Shown piece after piece: positions 12,790 to 24,750 of a stretch of 64,000 bases of DNA; position 1 is the first letter of the stretch; every line of letters begins with the position of its first letter. The notes under the pieces were generated by a model. That model was not told the origin of the DNA and searched no databases. It saw only the letters and a list, made by a program, of their open reading frames with translations. The position numbers and the translations under genes were made by a program. The stretch is from the NCBI GenBank assembly GCA_004764695.1, contig SMSO01000037.1:2146747-2210746 (forward strand), written 5' to 3'. The stretch comes from Schizochytrium sp. TIO01. Taxonomy: Eukaryota > Protista > Bigyra: Labyrinthulomycetes.

Positions 12790-13839
12790 ATGCAAAAGGT
12801 TTTATTAATTGCAAATATTGGCGAAAGCAGTCAAAGTCGAATCATGATTAAAAACAATCTTGATCATTTTAGTAACCACGATGACATAGCTGCTACAATT
12901 TATGACATAAAGCTGGGAAATGCAAGTGCAAAGTTGGAAAATATCGATATATGTCTAGTATGTATTGGACAAGACTTTGAGCCATCAGTTAGCATTCAAA
13001 CATTGCTCTGTGCCATCCCAATTATCAAAAACGCCAAGCCCCGGATGGTCATTATAGAAACTGTAATCCGAGTTGGTACAGTTGGGAAGTTTGTTAAGGC
13101 AACTGCAGGTGAAATTCCCATCGCATATTCCCCAAACATTATTCATCGGTGTCGCTCGCTTCCATTTGAAGCACCGCGTGATTCACCGAGACTGTTAGGA
13201 GCAAACTCAAGAGAAGCTGCACAAGTGATTTTGCCATTTTTATCATTGTTCTATACTCACATCTACATTACAGAAACTGCAGAAGCTGCTGAGTGCGCAA
13301 CTCTTCTGGACTTGGCAAAAAGAGCTGCTATTCAAGCTGCTATCAATGAGTTTTCTGCCAATTTTAGCAAAGAGATATCGATGCGCGATGCAATTGAAGG
13401 CTCGAACTTTATCTGGACCAATTATCAAAACGACCACCCATCTTTAGGAATCAAGCATAACTTTGCATCGCTGATCGGTAGTGAAGACAAGTTTCCCTTA
13501 CTAACTACAGCTATTGAACAGCTCTGTCTACGCCCGCGCTTCATCTTCCAAGATATCGTAAATAGATACTGCTCAGGCGACCTTGATAAAGTACACCAAA
13601 AGGCATTCCTGATAGTAGGATTCGGAAATCAACCAGGGGCTTCAGAGCACGATGAATCTCCAATTTCCGAAATTGCACAAATGCTTACTATGGAAGTTGC
13701 AAAAGTCACTATTTATGACATGTTTATCAACAGGTTCTCTACAATAAACCCACCAAGTATAGTCTATAACTCAGGACGACACATCTATGATGGGATCCTT
13801 GTTATGCACCCCTACCTTATTTCATTATGGAAAGACTAG
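12790..13839 (+). CDS. Divergent UDP-glucose/GDP-mannose (nucleotide-sugar) dehydrogenase-like protein, probably inactive
   Basis: Colinear family motifs: VIIETVIRVGT (ESTV.PGT), AYSPN (SPER), AECATLL...AINEF (AEMxKL...ALxNE), IVGFGNQPGASEHDESP (LGxxYKxxxxDxRESP), VTIYD, YDGILV. Confidence 0.7.
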   Translation: MQKVLLIANIGESSQSRIMIKNNLDHFSNHDDIAATIYDIKLGNASAKLENIDICLVCIGQDFEPSVSIQTLLCAIPIIKNAKPRMVIIETVIRVGTVGKFVKATAGEIPIAYSPNIIHRCRSLPFEAPRDSPRLLGANSREAAQVILPFLSLFYTHIYITETAEAAECATLLDLAKRAAIQAAINEFSANFSKEISMRDAIEGSNFIWTNYQNDHPSLGIKHNFASLIGSEDKFPLLTTAIEQLCLRPRFIFQDIVNRYCSGDLDKVHQKAFLIVGFGNQPGASEHDESPISEIAQMLTMEVAKVTIYDMFINRFSTINPPSIVYNSGRHIYDGILVMHPYLISLWKD

Positions 13840-14098
13840 CCTCACGCTACTTTTTATTGTAAAGTAGCAAGTTAACAAGATTGAAAACACGAAAGAGAAA
13901 AAAAAGGCAACCAACCTTATATCTGGGAGTCGACTATTTAGTTTAATAAGAAAAGAAAAGAAAAGAAATGAATAGTTTAGTTTAGTTTACTGGTCAATTA
14001 GGAGTTTTCCACTCCCTTCATTAATTCTTGATTTATTGGAACCGCATACTGGAAGACTGCTTTGGCTCTTGACAAGATATTTTAACAAAGGGAGGTAA

Positions 14099-16375
14099 TT
14101 AAGGCTCCTCCCTCATTACGCCCAATACTAAAGATACAATATCCTGATCCTCACCAAAGATGTTTCCTGCAAACTGAAGTTCAGATTGAAATTTGTGTTT
14201 TGGAAGTAAGTTATACGAATCTTGGTGTAAGCAAACCTTGATGTAATCATTCAGAAATAACGTTAGAATACAAGACTGTTGTGACGCACTCGGGGTGACC
14301 TTGGGTAAATTTTTAGTGGGATTGTCTAATTTGAAGTATTCATTCTCAACTAATAAATTCTTGACAATGAACTTCAGAGCAAACTTTTTCTCTTCACTTC
14401 TTGTGTAGATGTCACCGACAAGTTCCACTGATTGAGCTTTCTCTTGCTTTGTGTCATAAATTTGAAGAGTCTTAAGTTCTGAAATAGATGATATTTGCGT
14501 TGCAATTTCAGGGAAAATTGGTTTTAGATCGCCGAGTCTTTGTTGAATTAACTGAAAGATTTTCAAAGACTCCATTCTTGAAACATATGGATCACCAATG
14601 TTCACAAATGAGTTTTTATCAGTTTTTTTCCAGGCCATTTTTGGTTCTACATCAAAAGGTGTGACCTTTTGGCTAACCTTATTAAAGAGTGCTGGTACTA
14701 CGTCATGACAGACAAGCGGGGTCACCTTTGCCGTCATTCCCTCTCGCGGTGAGACAATAGTACGGAAATTCTTAACATCTGACTTGCTAAAGATTTCTTC
14801 TAGATCACCTTGATTATGTCCTTCAAAGTGCCCTGTGAAGAAATTCATCAGTGTCAATACTTCCACTGCGAGGTATTGTTTCACTTCGTCATCTGTGAAC
14901 TCCTTTTCCCCACAAAGTGTATTAATTGTTTTCAAAAGCATTAATGGCGCCAAATCCAAGGCACCAACCATTGAAAATCCATTGGGGATCATATCCTCCT
15001 CCACGATTCCTCGGTGCTCTTTCTTATCGGCAATCAGGAAGAGGCGACGATACAGGACATTTCTAAAGGTTGCCTCAATTCCAACTACTCTGAAGAGAAT
15101 ATGCAAATATTCTACTTCTTTCTTCGCTGCACCTGTAAAGTTCGCTTCCTTCAAAGAGACCAGATTGTACAACAGAAATCTAATCTCATCAATAAAATCG
15201 TTGATACTTTTGTTAGTAAACTGTAGTGAGTCAATTTCTTCAAATTGTATCTTCTTCTGATTCATGATTTGCTCACTATGCTTAAGAAGAGTCAAGATTT
15301 TTCGGAGGCGTTCCGTTACTACTGAGACCAGCGTTTCGATTTCTGTCCCATCGATAATTGAGTTCTTATACTGTGCAAAAGGTCCAATCATTGACCGGTA
15401 AAAGTAAGCAAATGTCTGATTATCGATATCGTCATCTGTAAGATCCGAACTATCCGCTTTCTTGAATACCAAATCCAAGATACGTAACAGTTCGTCATCA
15501 GCTTCAACAACAATTGGGATTTTAAATTTGTTATTCTCGAGGTAGTTCATGTCGAATGGAGTCTTCGATTTTTTCTTTTGAGATTCAAAGACGTTTAACT
15601 GTCTAATCATTGATTCTAAGCGATCATTACTGATGTCTGACTCATCAGGAGCAATGATGACATTGTTATCATCATACTCAGTAAACATCTCATAGAAGAG
15701 GAATCGAAGGGCACCAATAGAGGCTCCATCATCCTGGAAAAGCTTTGTAATTTCCAAAGGGGTCATTGCAGACGTCATGACATTATTCGATCCTAATTCC
15801 TGAACTGCAAGTTCTTGAACATTCTCATTGCTCAATGAAGAAAGATCTACTAATTCCGTAGATTGAAGGATCAATTCTTTTTCCTTTGCAAGCCTATCCT
15901 GTTCTTGAGCACCTTTGAGTTCTATTTCTTGCTCAGATGAGATAGTGTCTGACTCAATAATTCTTGAGATGATTGCTTCTGCGAGACGATCGATGGTTGC
16001 GTCTTCTGTTCTTAATCCCAAAGCAATTACCAAGCTAGCCAGAGTAGTCTTCTTATTCTTATCTTGGAGAAGAGTAAACTTATAGATAATGTATCTCGCA
16101 TAGACTGTGTAGTTCGACCAACGCCCGAACGTTTTCATGTTCTTCGCGAATTCCAAGGCCTCCTTTGCTTCTTCGGTTCCCTTTTACAAGAGGGCCTTCG
16201 TATTCTCATACAAAGTGTTGAGATGGTAGTATCCTGTTGTCAACTCATGTAGGTTCGGAATCATTAAAGAAGACTCATCAAGGGACTTGTTCACGTGAGG
16301 AATGTCTCCACTTCCTTCTTCCTTTGGTAGACCCGCAATCTTCAGCAGAAAATCGTACAATTCTGGTTCAATCAC
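14099..16375 (-). pseudogene. Large AT-rich ORFan interrupted by one in-frame TAA at 16184-16186
   Basis: ORFs 16184-16375 and 14099-16156 share a frame and read ...KALL*KGTEEAKEALEFAKNM... No recognisable domain. Confidence 0.55.
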
Positions 16376-16549
16376 TGCTGAAAGACGATTCTGGTCAGCT
16401 TGAGGTTGACTGTAAAGGTGAAGGCAAGAGTCTTGATGAAGGCTATACGAAGATTGATTTTATAGTTAGCGAATTGACGTTCTGGAGAATGAATTCCAGG
16501 ACAGATGGACTCATGTAGTAATTAAGGAGGCTAAGAAATTCTTGAAAGG

Positions 16550-17903
16550 TGTTAGAGATAATTGATGGAGTTACATTAATTCTCTTCAGCCATCGATTCA
16601 AGTTACACCATACTTGGATGTTCGTAATGTCTAGTCACAGTTTTGGTTCTTGACTCTGGCAGCCAGATTCATACTTGCTCTATTGTAAGCCCTATGTCTA
16701 CATGGGTTTCATAAATGGACACAAAGAACTCTAGCAATATCTTGTCCACTAGTTCCTTCGATTGGAGATCTCAGCGGAGGCACAAATATTTGTCAATCGA
16801 AGAGCCCAACACAGAGGTTACAGAGTTGGTAGGACTATCGAGAGAAGGTACATACGTGTTTCTTTGATTAAGTTTTTACAATTATAGGTCAAGCTACTAC
16901 AACAATAACAAAGTGGCTCAGAAAGAGAATAAGTCGAGCAGGAGCTCGAAGGCGTCTTCCTTCACTTCCAAAGAGAACAACCCTGATCCATAGAAAATTA
17001 GGAACGATATAAAGCAACTAAAAAACAGAATGACAGATTTCATTAAAAACGTTCGTGAGCAGTCTTGAAACAATGCTCTTTAAATGGTCAGAAAGGCTAA
17101 ATAAAGACGAAATTTAAGCAGCCTGGAGATGGTAGAGATGGTAGTTATGATAGTGATAATGATCGGCCGCGTCACTTCCTTTCCCATCCTATGAAAGAGG
17201 TCCTTAACCTTGAAGGGACAAACTGGTTGATATGGTCAGAGGGCCATGGTTTTATGCCATTGTACTTCAGAAGAGATCCGGAAAATCGATTATCGAAAGA
17301 CGAGAACAAAGGTAAATTCTGAACTTGATGAGGTCCTTCGCTCATGCAAGTAGGCTCTCAGCTTTTGAAACTATGCTCAATTTATCCTTGATTGCAGGGT
17401 TGTAAATTGTGGCCTACGAACATGAGAGCCGCTGGTTGAACGATCTCGAAGGCACGGACTGAAACAAATCCAAACCGTCTATGATTCATGAAAAGTAGTT
17501 GCAAAATATTCATCGAAGCTTATGAGTGACTGGGAACCACACGAAAGTTCAAGTTATGTCACACACATCTCAATGCATTTGGATATGTTGCAAAGTCTGA
17601 ACTTGGGTCTTACGGATGGTATGATGTTAGTCAACCTTGTCCCAAGCTTCTCTAGGCACAAAATATAGAGGAAATCACGAGGAGGCTCCTACTCAGGGGC
17701 ACTTCACTGCTGCAATTCAAGAAAGGCTTCAAGGCTGCCAAGACGATATCAATTCAGCTGCAACGACATACAGAGAACAATAAACCTCCATAAAAGGTAA
17801 TTGCCAGGATAGCTCTATATCAAGCAATGCTTCGCATTCGAGTAAAGCCAGCATCAACTGTTTTCTTCACTATGGACTCTCCAACCATTCAGCCGTGAAC
17901 TGC
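16550..17903 (+). mobile_element. Decayed Ty1/copia LTR retrotransposon (putative 5' LTR, PBS and gag remnant)
   Basis: TGTT...ACA segment 16550-16880, followed by ATTATAGGTCAAG (9/13 match to the copia tRNAi-Met PBS GTTATGGGCCCAG). Gag-like peptides LNLEGTNWLIWS (~17205) and LDMLQSLNLGLTDGMMLVNLVPS (~17580); knuckle-like CFLHYGLSNHSAVNC at 17859-17903. Many stops and frameshifts. Confidence 0.6.
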
Positions 17904-19760
17904 ATACATGCAAGCAAAAAAGTAGTATCTGTAAAGAGATTATGCACAGGTTCACGGTATGCCCTATTAAGAAGAACCATAGTAAGCTCAAGCAAACAGA
18001 ATATATCAAAACAGAGCCACCTTCAAATTGAAGCAGCGTTGGTGACCAGGTGCAAGACTAGGATCCCTCTCTTTTCAACGGTGAACGCAGTGAACTTTGA
18101 CTTAAAAACAAAAACTGGTCAGTGCGAGAGATTCATCTTTAAGATTGGTTACAATATAATATTAAAGCTTCTCGCTTTACGATAGATACTCATCTGCGAA
18201 GGTGCTATAAGATTTACTCAGGGCGGAGTAGATACAAAACCATTTTCTTGAAGGACCATCATAGTCTCTTGATTCTTGGAGGTACCTTGCTTAGGGTATA
18301 GTGGGTTTGAAAGTAATTTGTGCGAAATAAGACTACGCTAATAAGATTTAATTTATGTGTAATACTGATTGAATGCGTTTAGTACTCCATTAGCCTTTAT
18401 TCAAGTTATTGTTGAAGCAAATTCAAGAAAAATACACTAAATTTGACCCGCTCATATTCTCAAATCATTATAAATTAATGTAGCTAAAGTTGACCTTACC
18501 CTACTTACCCCCAATCGACAAAAACTTATCAAGTTATATTGATATTTTAATTGGGGAGGATTTTCTTTATTGTAAAGGTCTCCAAAGGCGTTGTTATTGC
18601 TACTGCTCACCTGCTGCTCACCTGCTATTTTAACAAAAATCCCTCAAAACTAACGTTCGAGGATTAATTTGTACGAGTCAATGTCAATTTTGGATGTTTC
18701 CGAGTCGACATTTATGAAAGGTTAGATAGGGTACAAGGTGTATGGTTAAATGTTCACTTGTTAGTTCCCTTCGGTAATTCTTTTCCCTTTTCCTGCTAAA
18801 GCTAGCTAGGGTGATGGAGCAAACACCATGGATGCTCGACGCTAACTTTAAACAATGAAAATCTTGACTTCATCACCTCCAGATAATCAAAATCTCTGTT
18901 TGGCCTGCGCTTATCCAAAAGACAAAAATGTCCACGTGACAACAATATTTTCGTCATAAACATACCCGACTCTCGTCTATGAAGAAAGTTACGGAAGTGC
19001 ACCCTCTTCCAGGAGGGTGGGCTTCGCGGTCTTTCTTTCCCATGGGAACTTCATGTTGGGTGAGTCTAACCAAAGCCTATCTGCACAATACTAGCTTTTG
19101 AGCTGACATCTGTGAGCCTCGTTCTCGTTCAACTAATCACCTCACCTGCAGTGCAGAACGTGATTGAAGGAACATGAATCTTCGCCGTTCCACGCATCTT
19201 TTGCAAAGGAGTTCTGCAATCTAAATAATGATTCGAAGAAGCTTTCTGCACTTTTAATGAATGTCTCTCCGCATCGAGGTTCACCTACGCACGCTGTCAA
19301 GCTAGGATACTCGTTCTGTCGGAACGGGCTCTCTCGATACCTAGCTGGCGTATTTTCACCATCAAGGAGCTACACCGCAAGAATTGGGGCATAAAACGAT
19401 GTTCATTAAGCAGCATACGCGTTCTTTCAGTTCCAAGTGTTCACTAGAGTTACAGCTTCGTACTTTACATCGCCAAAGCGGTCCATGGTATGCCTGATTG
19501 GCGTCTTCATCCCTTGCTTGACTGATTGGCGCAGTGAAGTAATCATTCAACTAATTGTAAGCCATACTATGCGTTTCATTGAGGCATTTATAAGTTCAGA
19601 AACTAATTTATCAACAGGAGCAAAACTATGTACTTTACGCTGTAACGAGCGGGCGAGTCAAACCCGAGTGGCCGCTTCCATCTTGTTAATTAATTCACGA
19701 GCAGCCAGAGGCAACCCAAGCCAAGGACCACAGGCACACCAGCAGCAGAGCGAGCCAACG

Positions 19761-19796
<36 letters not shown>

Positions 19797-20369
19797 CCCT
19801 GCTAATCAGAAGTCAGTCAGTCAGCAGTCAGTCAGTCAGTCTCCTGGCTAGACTCACGGCGCAACTTGCTTGTAATTCTGTGCTTGATGCTCCATCAGGC
19901 GAATAGTAAGCGAATGGAGCAGGTCCAACGAACCCTACAACGATCACTTTGGCCCAGTGCTATTAATCCTTCCCTTCCCTTCCCTTTCTCGCACAACAGC
20001 TCCAATCGTTCCCGCGGAGGGTCTCGGCCGGGTCATTCTCCTCCAAGTTGAGAACGACCACCTGCTCTGTTCTGGCATGAAACTCAGACTGCAGCTGCTG
20101 CTGCCCATTTACGTATGCAGCCCTTGTCACGCATGCGTATGCATCAGTGAGCTCGCAACCGTCGGCTTCACGGTACGCCAGCAAAGCTAAGCAGTCGAAC
20201 CCTCTGGCATCTTGAAACCTCGCTCGCTCTGCAACAAACTTTCCCGCCTCCTCAACCCTCCTCCTCCTCGCTTGCGCGTAACCCCAAATCTGAACAACCC
20301 CAAATGACCGCGGATTCCGCAAGAAGAAAGGCGTAAGTAAAGGACTCGAAAACAGACTTCGTCTCTGCT

Positions 20370-20413
<44 letters not shown>

Positions 20414-20832
20414 ATCAAAAAATAAATCAATGAATGAATGAATGAATGAATGAATGAATGAATCAATCAATCAATCAAAAAATGAATGAATGAATGAATC
20501 AATCAATCAATCAATTAATCAAAAAATGAATGAATGAATGAATGAATGAATGAATGAATGAATGAATCAATGAATGAATGAATCAATCAAAAAATCAATG
20601 AATGAATGGAATGAATGGAATGAAATGAATGAATGAATGAATGAATGAATGAATGAATGAATGAATGAATGAATGAATGAATCAATCAATCAATCAATCA
20701 ATGAATCAATGAATCAATCAAAAAATGAATGAATGAATGAATGAATGAATGAATGAATGAATGAATGAATGAATGAATGAATGAATGAATGAATGAATGA
20801 ATGAATGAATGAATGAATCAATCAATCAATCA
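20370..20832. repeat. Long compound (AATC)n/(AATG)n microsatellite
   Basis: About 460 bp of alternating tetranucleotide blocks. Confidence 0.95.
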
Positions 20833-21060
20833 TGCAGGTTTATTTATTTCTGTACTATATATGGCCTGTCGAAGAAACCCACTGTCGAAGTCTTCGGCGT
20901 GCAGCGAATTGATTGCCTTTCGGGGCTGCCCCACGATCCGATCGGTTGGCAGAGATCTTGAAAGCTCGAAGGCGACCTCGAAAGGAAGGAAGGAAGGAAG
21001 AAGCCATCGTCTGCGTGGATGGAAGATCTCTCTCTCTCGAAGATTCGATTCCCAAAGTAG

Positions 21061-21120
21061 GTAGATAGAGAGAGAGAGAGATAAATAGAGATAGAGAGAG
21101 ACACAGATAGAGAGAGACAC

Positions 21121-21153
<33 letters not shown>

Positions 21154-21155
21154 TA
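21061..21155. repeat. (AG)n/(AGAT)n microsatellite
   Basis: Directly visible purine-rich run. Confidence 0.85.
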
Positions 21156-21620
21156 AGATGGAGAAGAACGGGAACCTGTCTCTTCTTCTTCAGGTAGCAA
21201 GCAGCGCTGCCGCGGCGTGGCCTAGCGGGTGCCTAGCGGTAAAGGTAGCAGGGGCTTCATGGGCTGAATGCTTGTTGTTTATGCACGCTCAGTTCTGGCG
21301 AAGTCGGCGGTGAGTGGACTCGTTGCGGAGGTTTAAGGAGGACTTGGCGTGGAGGGAGGCTGCCATGAAGACCGCTTAGGCCGAGTTATTTCGAAGTATG
21401 CGCGGGTTTGCTGAGGTTTCTGCCGCCTTGTCGGGGTTTTAGAAATGTGATGCAGTGATTCTTCTTTTATTCTTTAATGCCTGTTTTTGTTCTTTTGTTA
21501 TCTTATTATTTACCGCAGAAGAATATAACTTTTCATAATGTTTTTGAATTGAAAGTTGAAACCTGAAGAACAGAAAGAGGTTTTCAGTACGTCGTCTTTA
21601 GGAATCAAAGAGAGTAAAGC

Positions 21621-21691
21621 GAAGAAGAAGAAGAAGAAGAAGAAGAAGAAGAAGAAGAAGAAGAAGAAGAAGAAGAAGAAGAAGAAGAAGA
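21621..21691. repeat. (GAA)n trinucleotide repeat, about 23 copies
   Basis: Perfect run. Confidence 0.95.
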
Positions 21692-22419
21692 GGTCATATC
21701 ATTGAAGAAGAAGCCCTTCCAAATGCTCTGTTTTATCGAGTTAAAGGTCGAAAAGAGAAAATGTTAGTCGAAGTTCACGCTTTGGGGCTCAAGCTTTCTC
21801 TGAAGTTCTGGCTGCGCTTGATCAATCAAGCCGCTGGAAGCTAGCTGGCTGCGAAGACGTAGTACGCCTTGATCTCCACGAAGGCCTCGAAGATCCTCGA
21901 TTCCAGCAAAGCGAACTGCAAGCAGGTACATGAACGAACGAATGAATGAATGAATGAGTGAATGAATGAGTGAATTAATTCCCAAATCTCATTGGCAATG
22001 ATGAGCCAAAACCAGTCCTTCAGTAATGGCGATCGCTCTTTTTAAGTTAACGCTTCGACTCATTGCGAAAAAGCTTTGTTTGCTATGCAGATATCGTAGA
22101 TATCTCCTTCAAGATTGCACGGCAACGACGCTCCACGCGTATCGTAGGATGGAGGCTCTTCAATTTAATCTCGAGCTGCGGCGAAAAGGCGGAGCCTGAA
22201 AGGAAGGAACGAGGGGTCTCGGCCGTCTTTCCGAAGACGAGAACGCGGGACCTTGCGAGGCGAAAGCCTCTCCCTCCCAGAGGCGGAAACTCTTCAAGAT
22301 AACCAAAACCGGAGAAAGAACTCTTCAGCTCGAACTGTGAAAAACGAAGGAACCGCGGGGTCCCTCTTTTAGGTGTGCAATAAGGCATACTAGCAGTAAG
22401 TAGATGACTGCTACAGCTA

Positions 22420-22850
22420 ACTTGCTTACCTACTTACTTACTTACTTTACTTACTTACTTTACTTACTTACTTACTTACTTTACTTACTTTCTTACTTAC
22501 TTACTTACTAGTTACTTACTTTACTTACTTTCTTACTTACTTACTTACTAGTTACTTACTTAGTTACTTAGTTACTTAGTTACTTAGTTACTTACTTAGT
22601 TAGTTACTTAGTTAGTTACTTACTTACTTGATTTCTTACTTGCTAGCTAACTTGCTAGCTAACTTGCTAGCTTACTTGCTAGCTTACTTGCTAGCTTACT
22701 TGCTAGCTAACTTACTAGCTTACTTGCTAGCTTACTTGCTAGCTTACTTGCTAGCTTACTTGCTCACTTACTCACTAACCTACTTACTTACTAGCTTGCT
22801 TACCTAATAACTGCTAAGCTAAGCTAAGCTAGGTTAAGCTAAGCTAGCGC
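22420..22850. repeat. (TTAC)n tract grading into a 12-bp (CTTACTTGCTAG)n unit and (GCTAA)n
   Basis: Directly visible; about 11 copies of the 12-mer at ~22635-22764. Confidence 0.9.
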
Positions 22851-23855
22851 TGGCTAGCTATGATGGCTCCTGCGAGGTGAAAAGAACAGTCCTTGTTCCC
22901 ATCGCTCGACTTGAACCGCCTGCTTTCGCAAAACGAAGGCCTATAATGGCACTTAGAGGCGGCCGCGTCTGCGATGGACATGTGCGCTGCCTTATAGAGG
23001 CGCCTCTTTAGCCAGCGTGGCCGGCTCGCTGCCTTCTGCTCGTGCTTCTCCGTCTCTTTTCCTCCGCCTCGCTGCTTTATCCTTCCATGAGGTGGTGTTC
23101 TTCTTCTGTCTCATTCATCTCCTTTCTAATAAAAACATTTTAGCCAAATAAAATATTCATCATTTTGATTTTGACCAAACAAACAAACCAACAAACACAA
23201 AACTTATTTACAAGCACAACAAATGAATAAATAAATAAATGAACAAATAAACAAATAAATAAATACCTACTATATAGATTCGACAGTTCGAGGGCGTATA
23301 CAGGAGCATAGCCACTCTTAGGCGAGGCGAAGGGACTGCGAGCCCGGAGGAGGCTTCAAGACGCTGAGGAAACTATGGCAATTCACAGCCTTCAACGCTC
23401 GGCGGGGAGTGAATGCTTCGGCAGGAGATAGTCAGGCTGTCGGCCAAGGCCCTGAGCTGGCTTGCCTTTCACGTCGATCGATCGGTGGGTGGATGGGTTG
23501 GTCGAATGCGCGAGTAATCGCTGACGGATTGGTGCTCTATCGTCTGTGCCAGTCTGAGTCTGCTAACTGACGCGGAAGTTTACTGAGAGAGAACAGGCAG
23601 GGAACACCTGCATAGCAGTCCAATACTGACACTTAGCCGAACGTTCCATCGCGCATTACAGAGTTATGATTGGTTTCGTTGGCCGTTCTGTCTGTGCCGC
23701 CTTTTCGAGTTATTCGTGAAACTGAGCGGAAAGAGAGAGAGAGAGAGAGAAAGAGAAAGGACGCAAAGGCAGAAAGGAAAAGGAAAAGAAAAGAGACGAC
23801 GTGACAGTCTATCTCTCACAGGAACACTGGCGAGTGAAAAGAACACCTTTTACAT

Positions 23856-23959
23856 GTTTGTTTGTTTGTTTGTTTGTTTGTTTGTTTGTTTGTTTGTTTG
23901 TTTGTTTGTTTGTTTGTTTGTTTGTTTGTTTGTTTGTTTGTTTGTTTGTTTGTTTGTTT
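23856..23959. repeat. (GTTT)n microsatellite, about 26 copies
   Basis: Perfect run; source of the FVCL-repeat ORF. Confidence 0.95.
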
Positions 23960-24670
23960 ATTTGTGTGTTTTGATTCATTCACTTCAAGTTTGTTTGGAA
24001 AGATACGCGAAGAACATAAATCAACTTGAAGAGTGGCACGTAGTTTGCAGCAGCTTGCAGTTTGGTGAGAAGAAGACTCGCCATGACATCACTGTGGCCA
24101 GATTGAGGTAGACAGTGGCTACGTTTGCGATCAATCGGCTGTTGAAAGAAGGCGGCGCTTCACAAGCTTTGAAGAAGCTCGTTCTCTCCGCTAGTTTTCT
24201 CAACCCTTCCTTTCCCTGAGGTTCTACCTAGTCCCTTACAAGTAAGTATATGGATACATGAACATGTGAATATGTATGTATGTATATATATGTTTTGTAT
24301 TTATGGTTTATTGCTTTACATGATCTTTAATTTAGAAAAGGAGCAAGTCAGTAAGTAGTCCTAAGGGGTCTTTCTTTCTCTTGGGATTCATAAACGGCGG
24401 AAACTCTCTTTCTCTCGAAAGAGGAGATAAAGAAGGCCGTGAAATCTTCGGGTTTTGCAGAAGCAGCTCTCGACTTGGGTTCGCTTCGTCTCGCCATGGG
24501 CCCGTCTGCGCGTTTAAATGGCGCGTTCCGCAACCAGTTTTGTATTCACGGTGGCCTCGGTCTGAAGTCCAGCTTGAAGCTTGGAAGCTGCTGCGATTAG
24601 TTAGTGCCCACGATCTTTTAGCGCCTCATGCTCAAGTGTGCAATCGATCGAATGCTTTGCTTATTCACTC

Positions 24671-24750
24671 TTTGTTTGTTTGTTTGTTTGTTTGTTTGTT
24701 TGTTTACTTTACTTTACTTTACTTTACTCTACTTTACTCTACTTTACTTT
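24671..24750. repeat. (GTTT)n plus (TACTT/TACTC)n microsatellite
   Basis: Directly visible. Confidence 0.85.

Noticed and set aside
18800-19620. Possible minus-strand reverse-transcriptase remnant (HVD-like motif near 18925)
   Set aside because: A single weak motif that needs a frameshift and lies opposite to the gag relic; not supportable.
20304-21193. Possible spliced gene with microsatellite-filled introns (GTAAGT at 20334, CAG at 20837)
   Set aside because: Joining the exons gives only a short peptide with no recognisable similarity.
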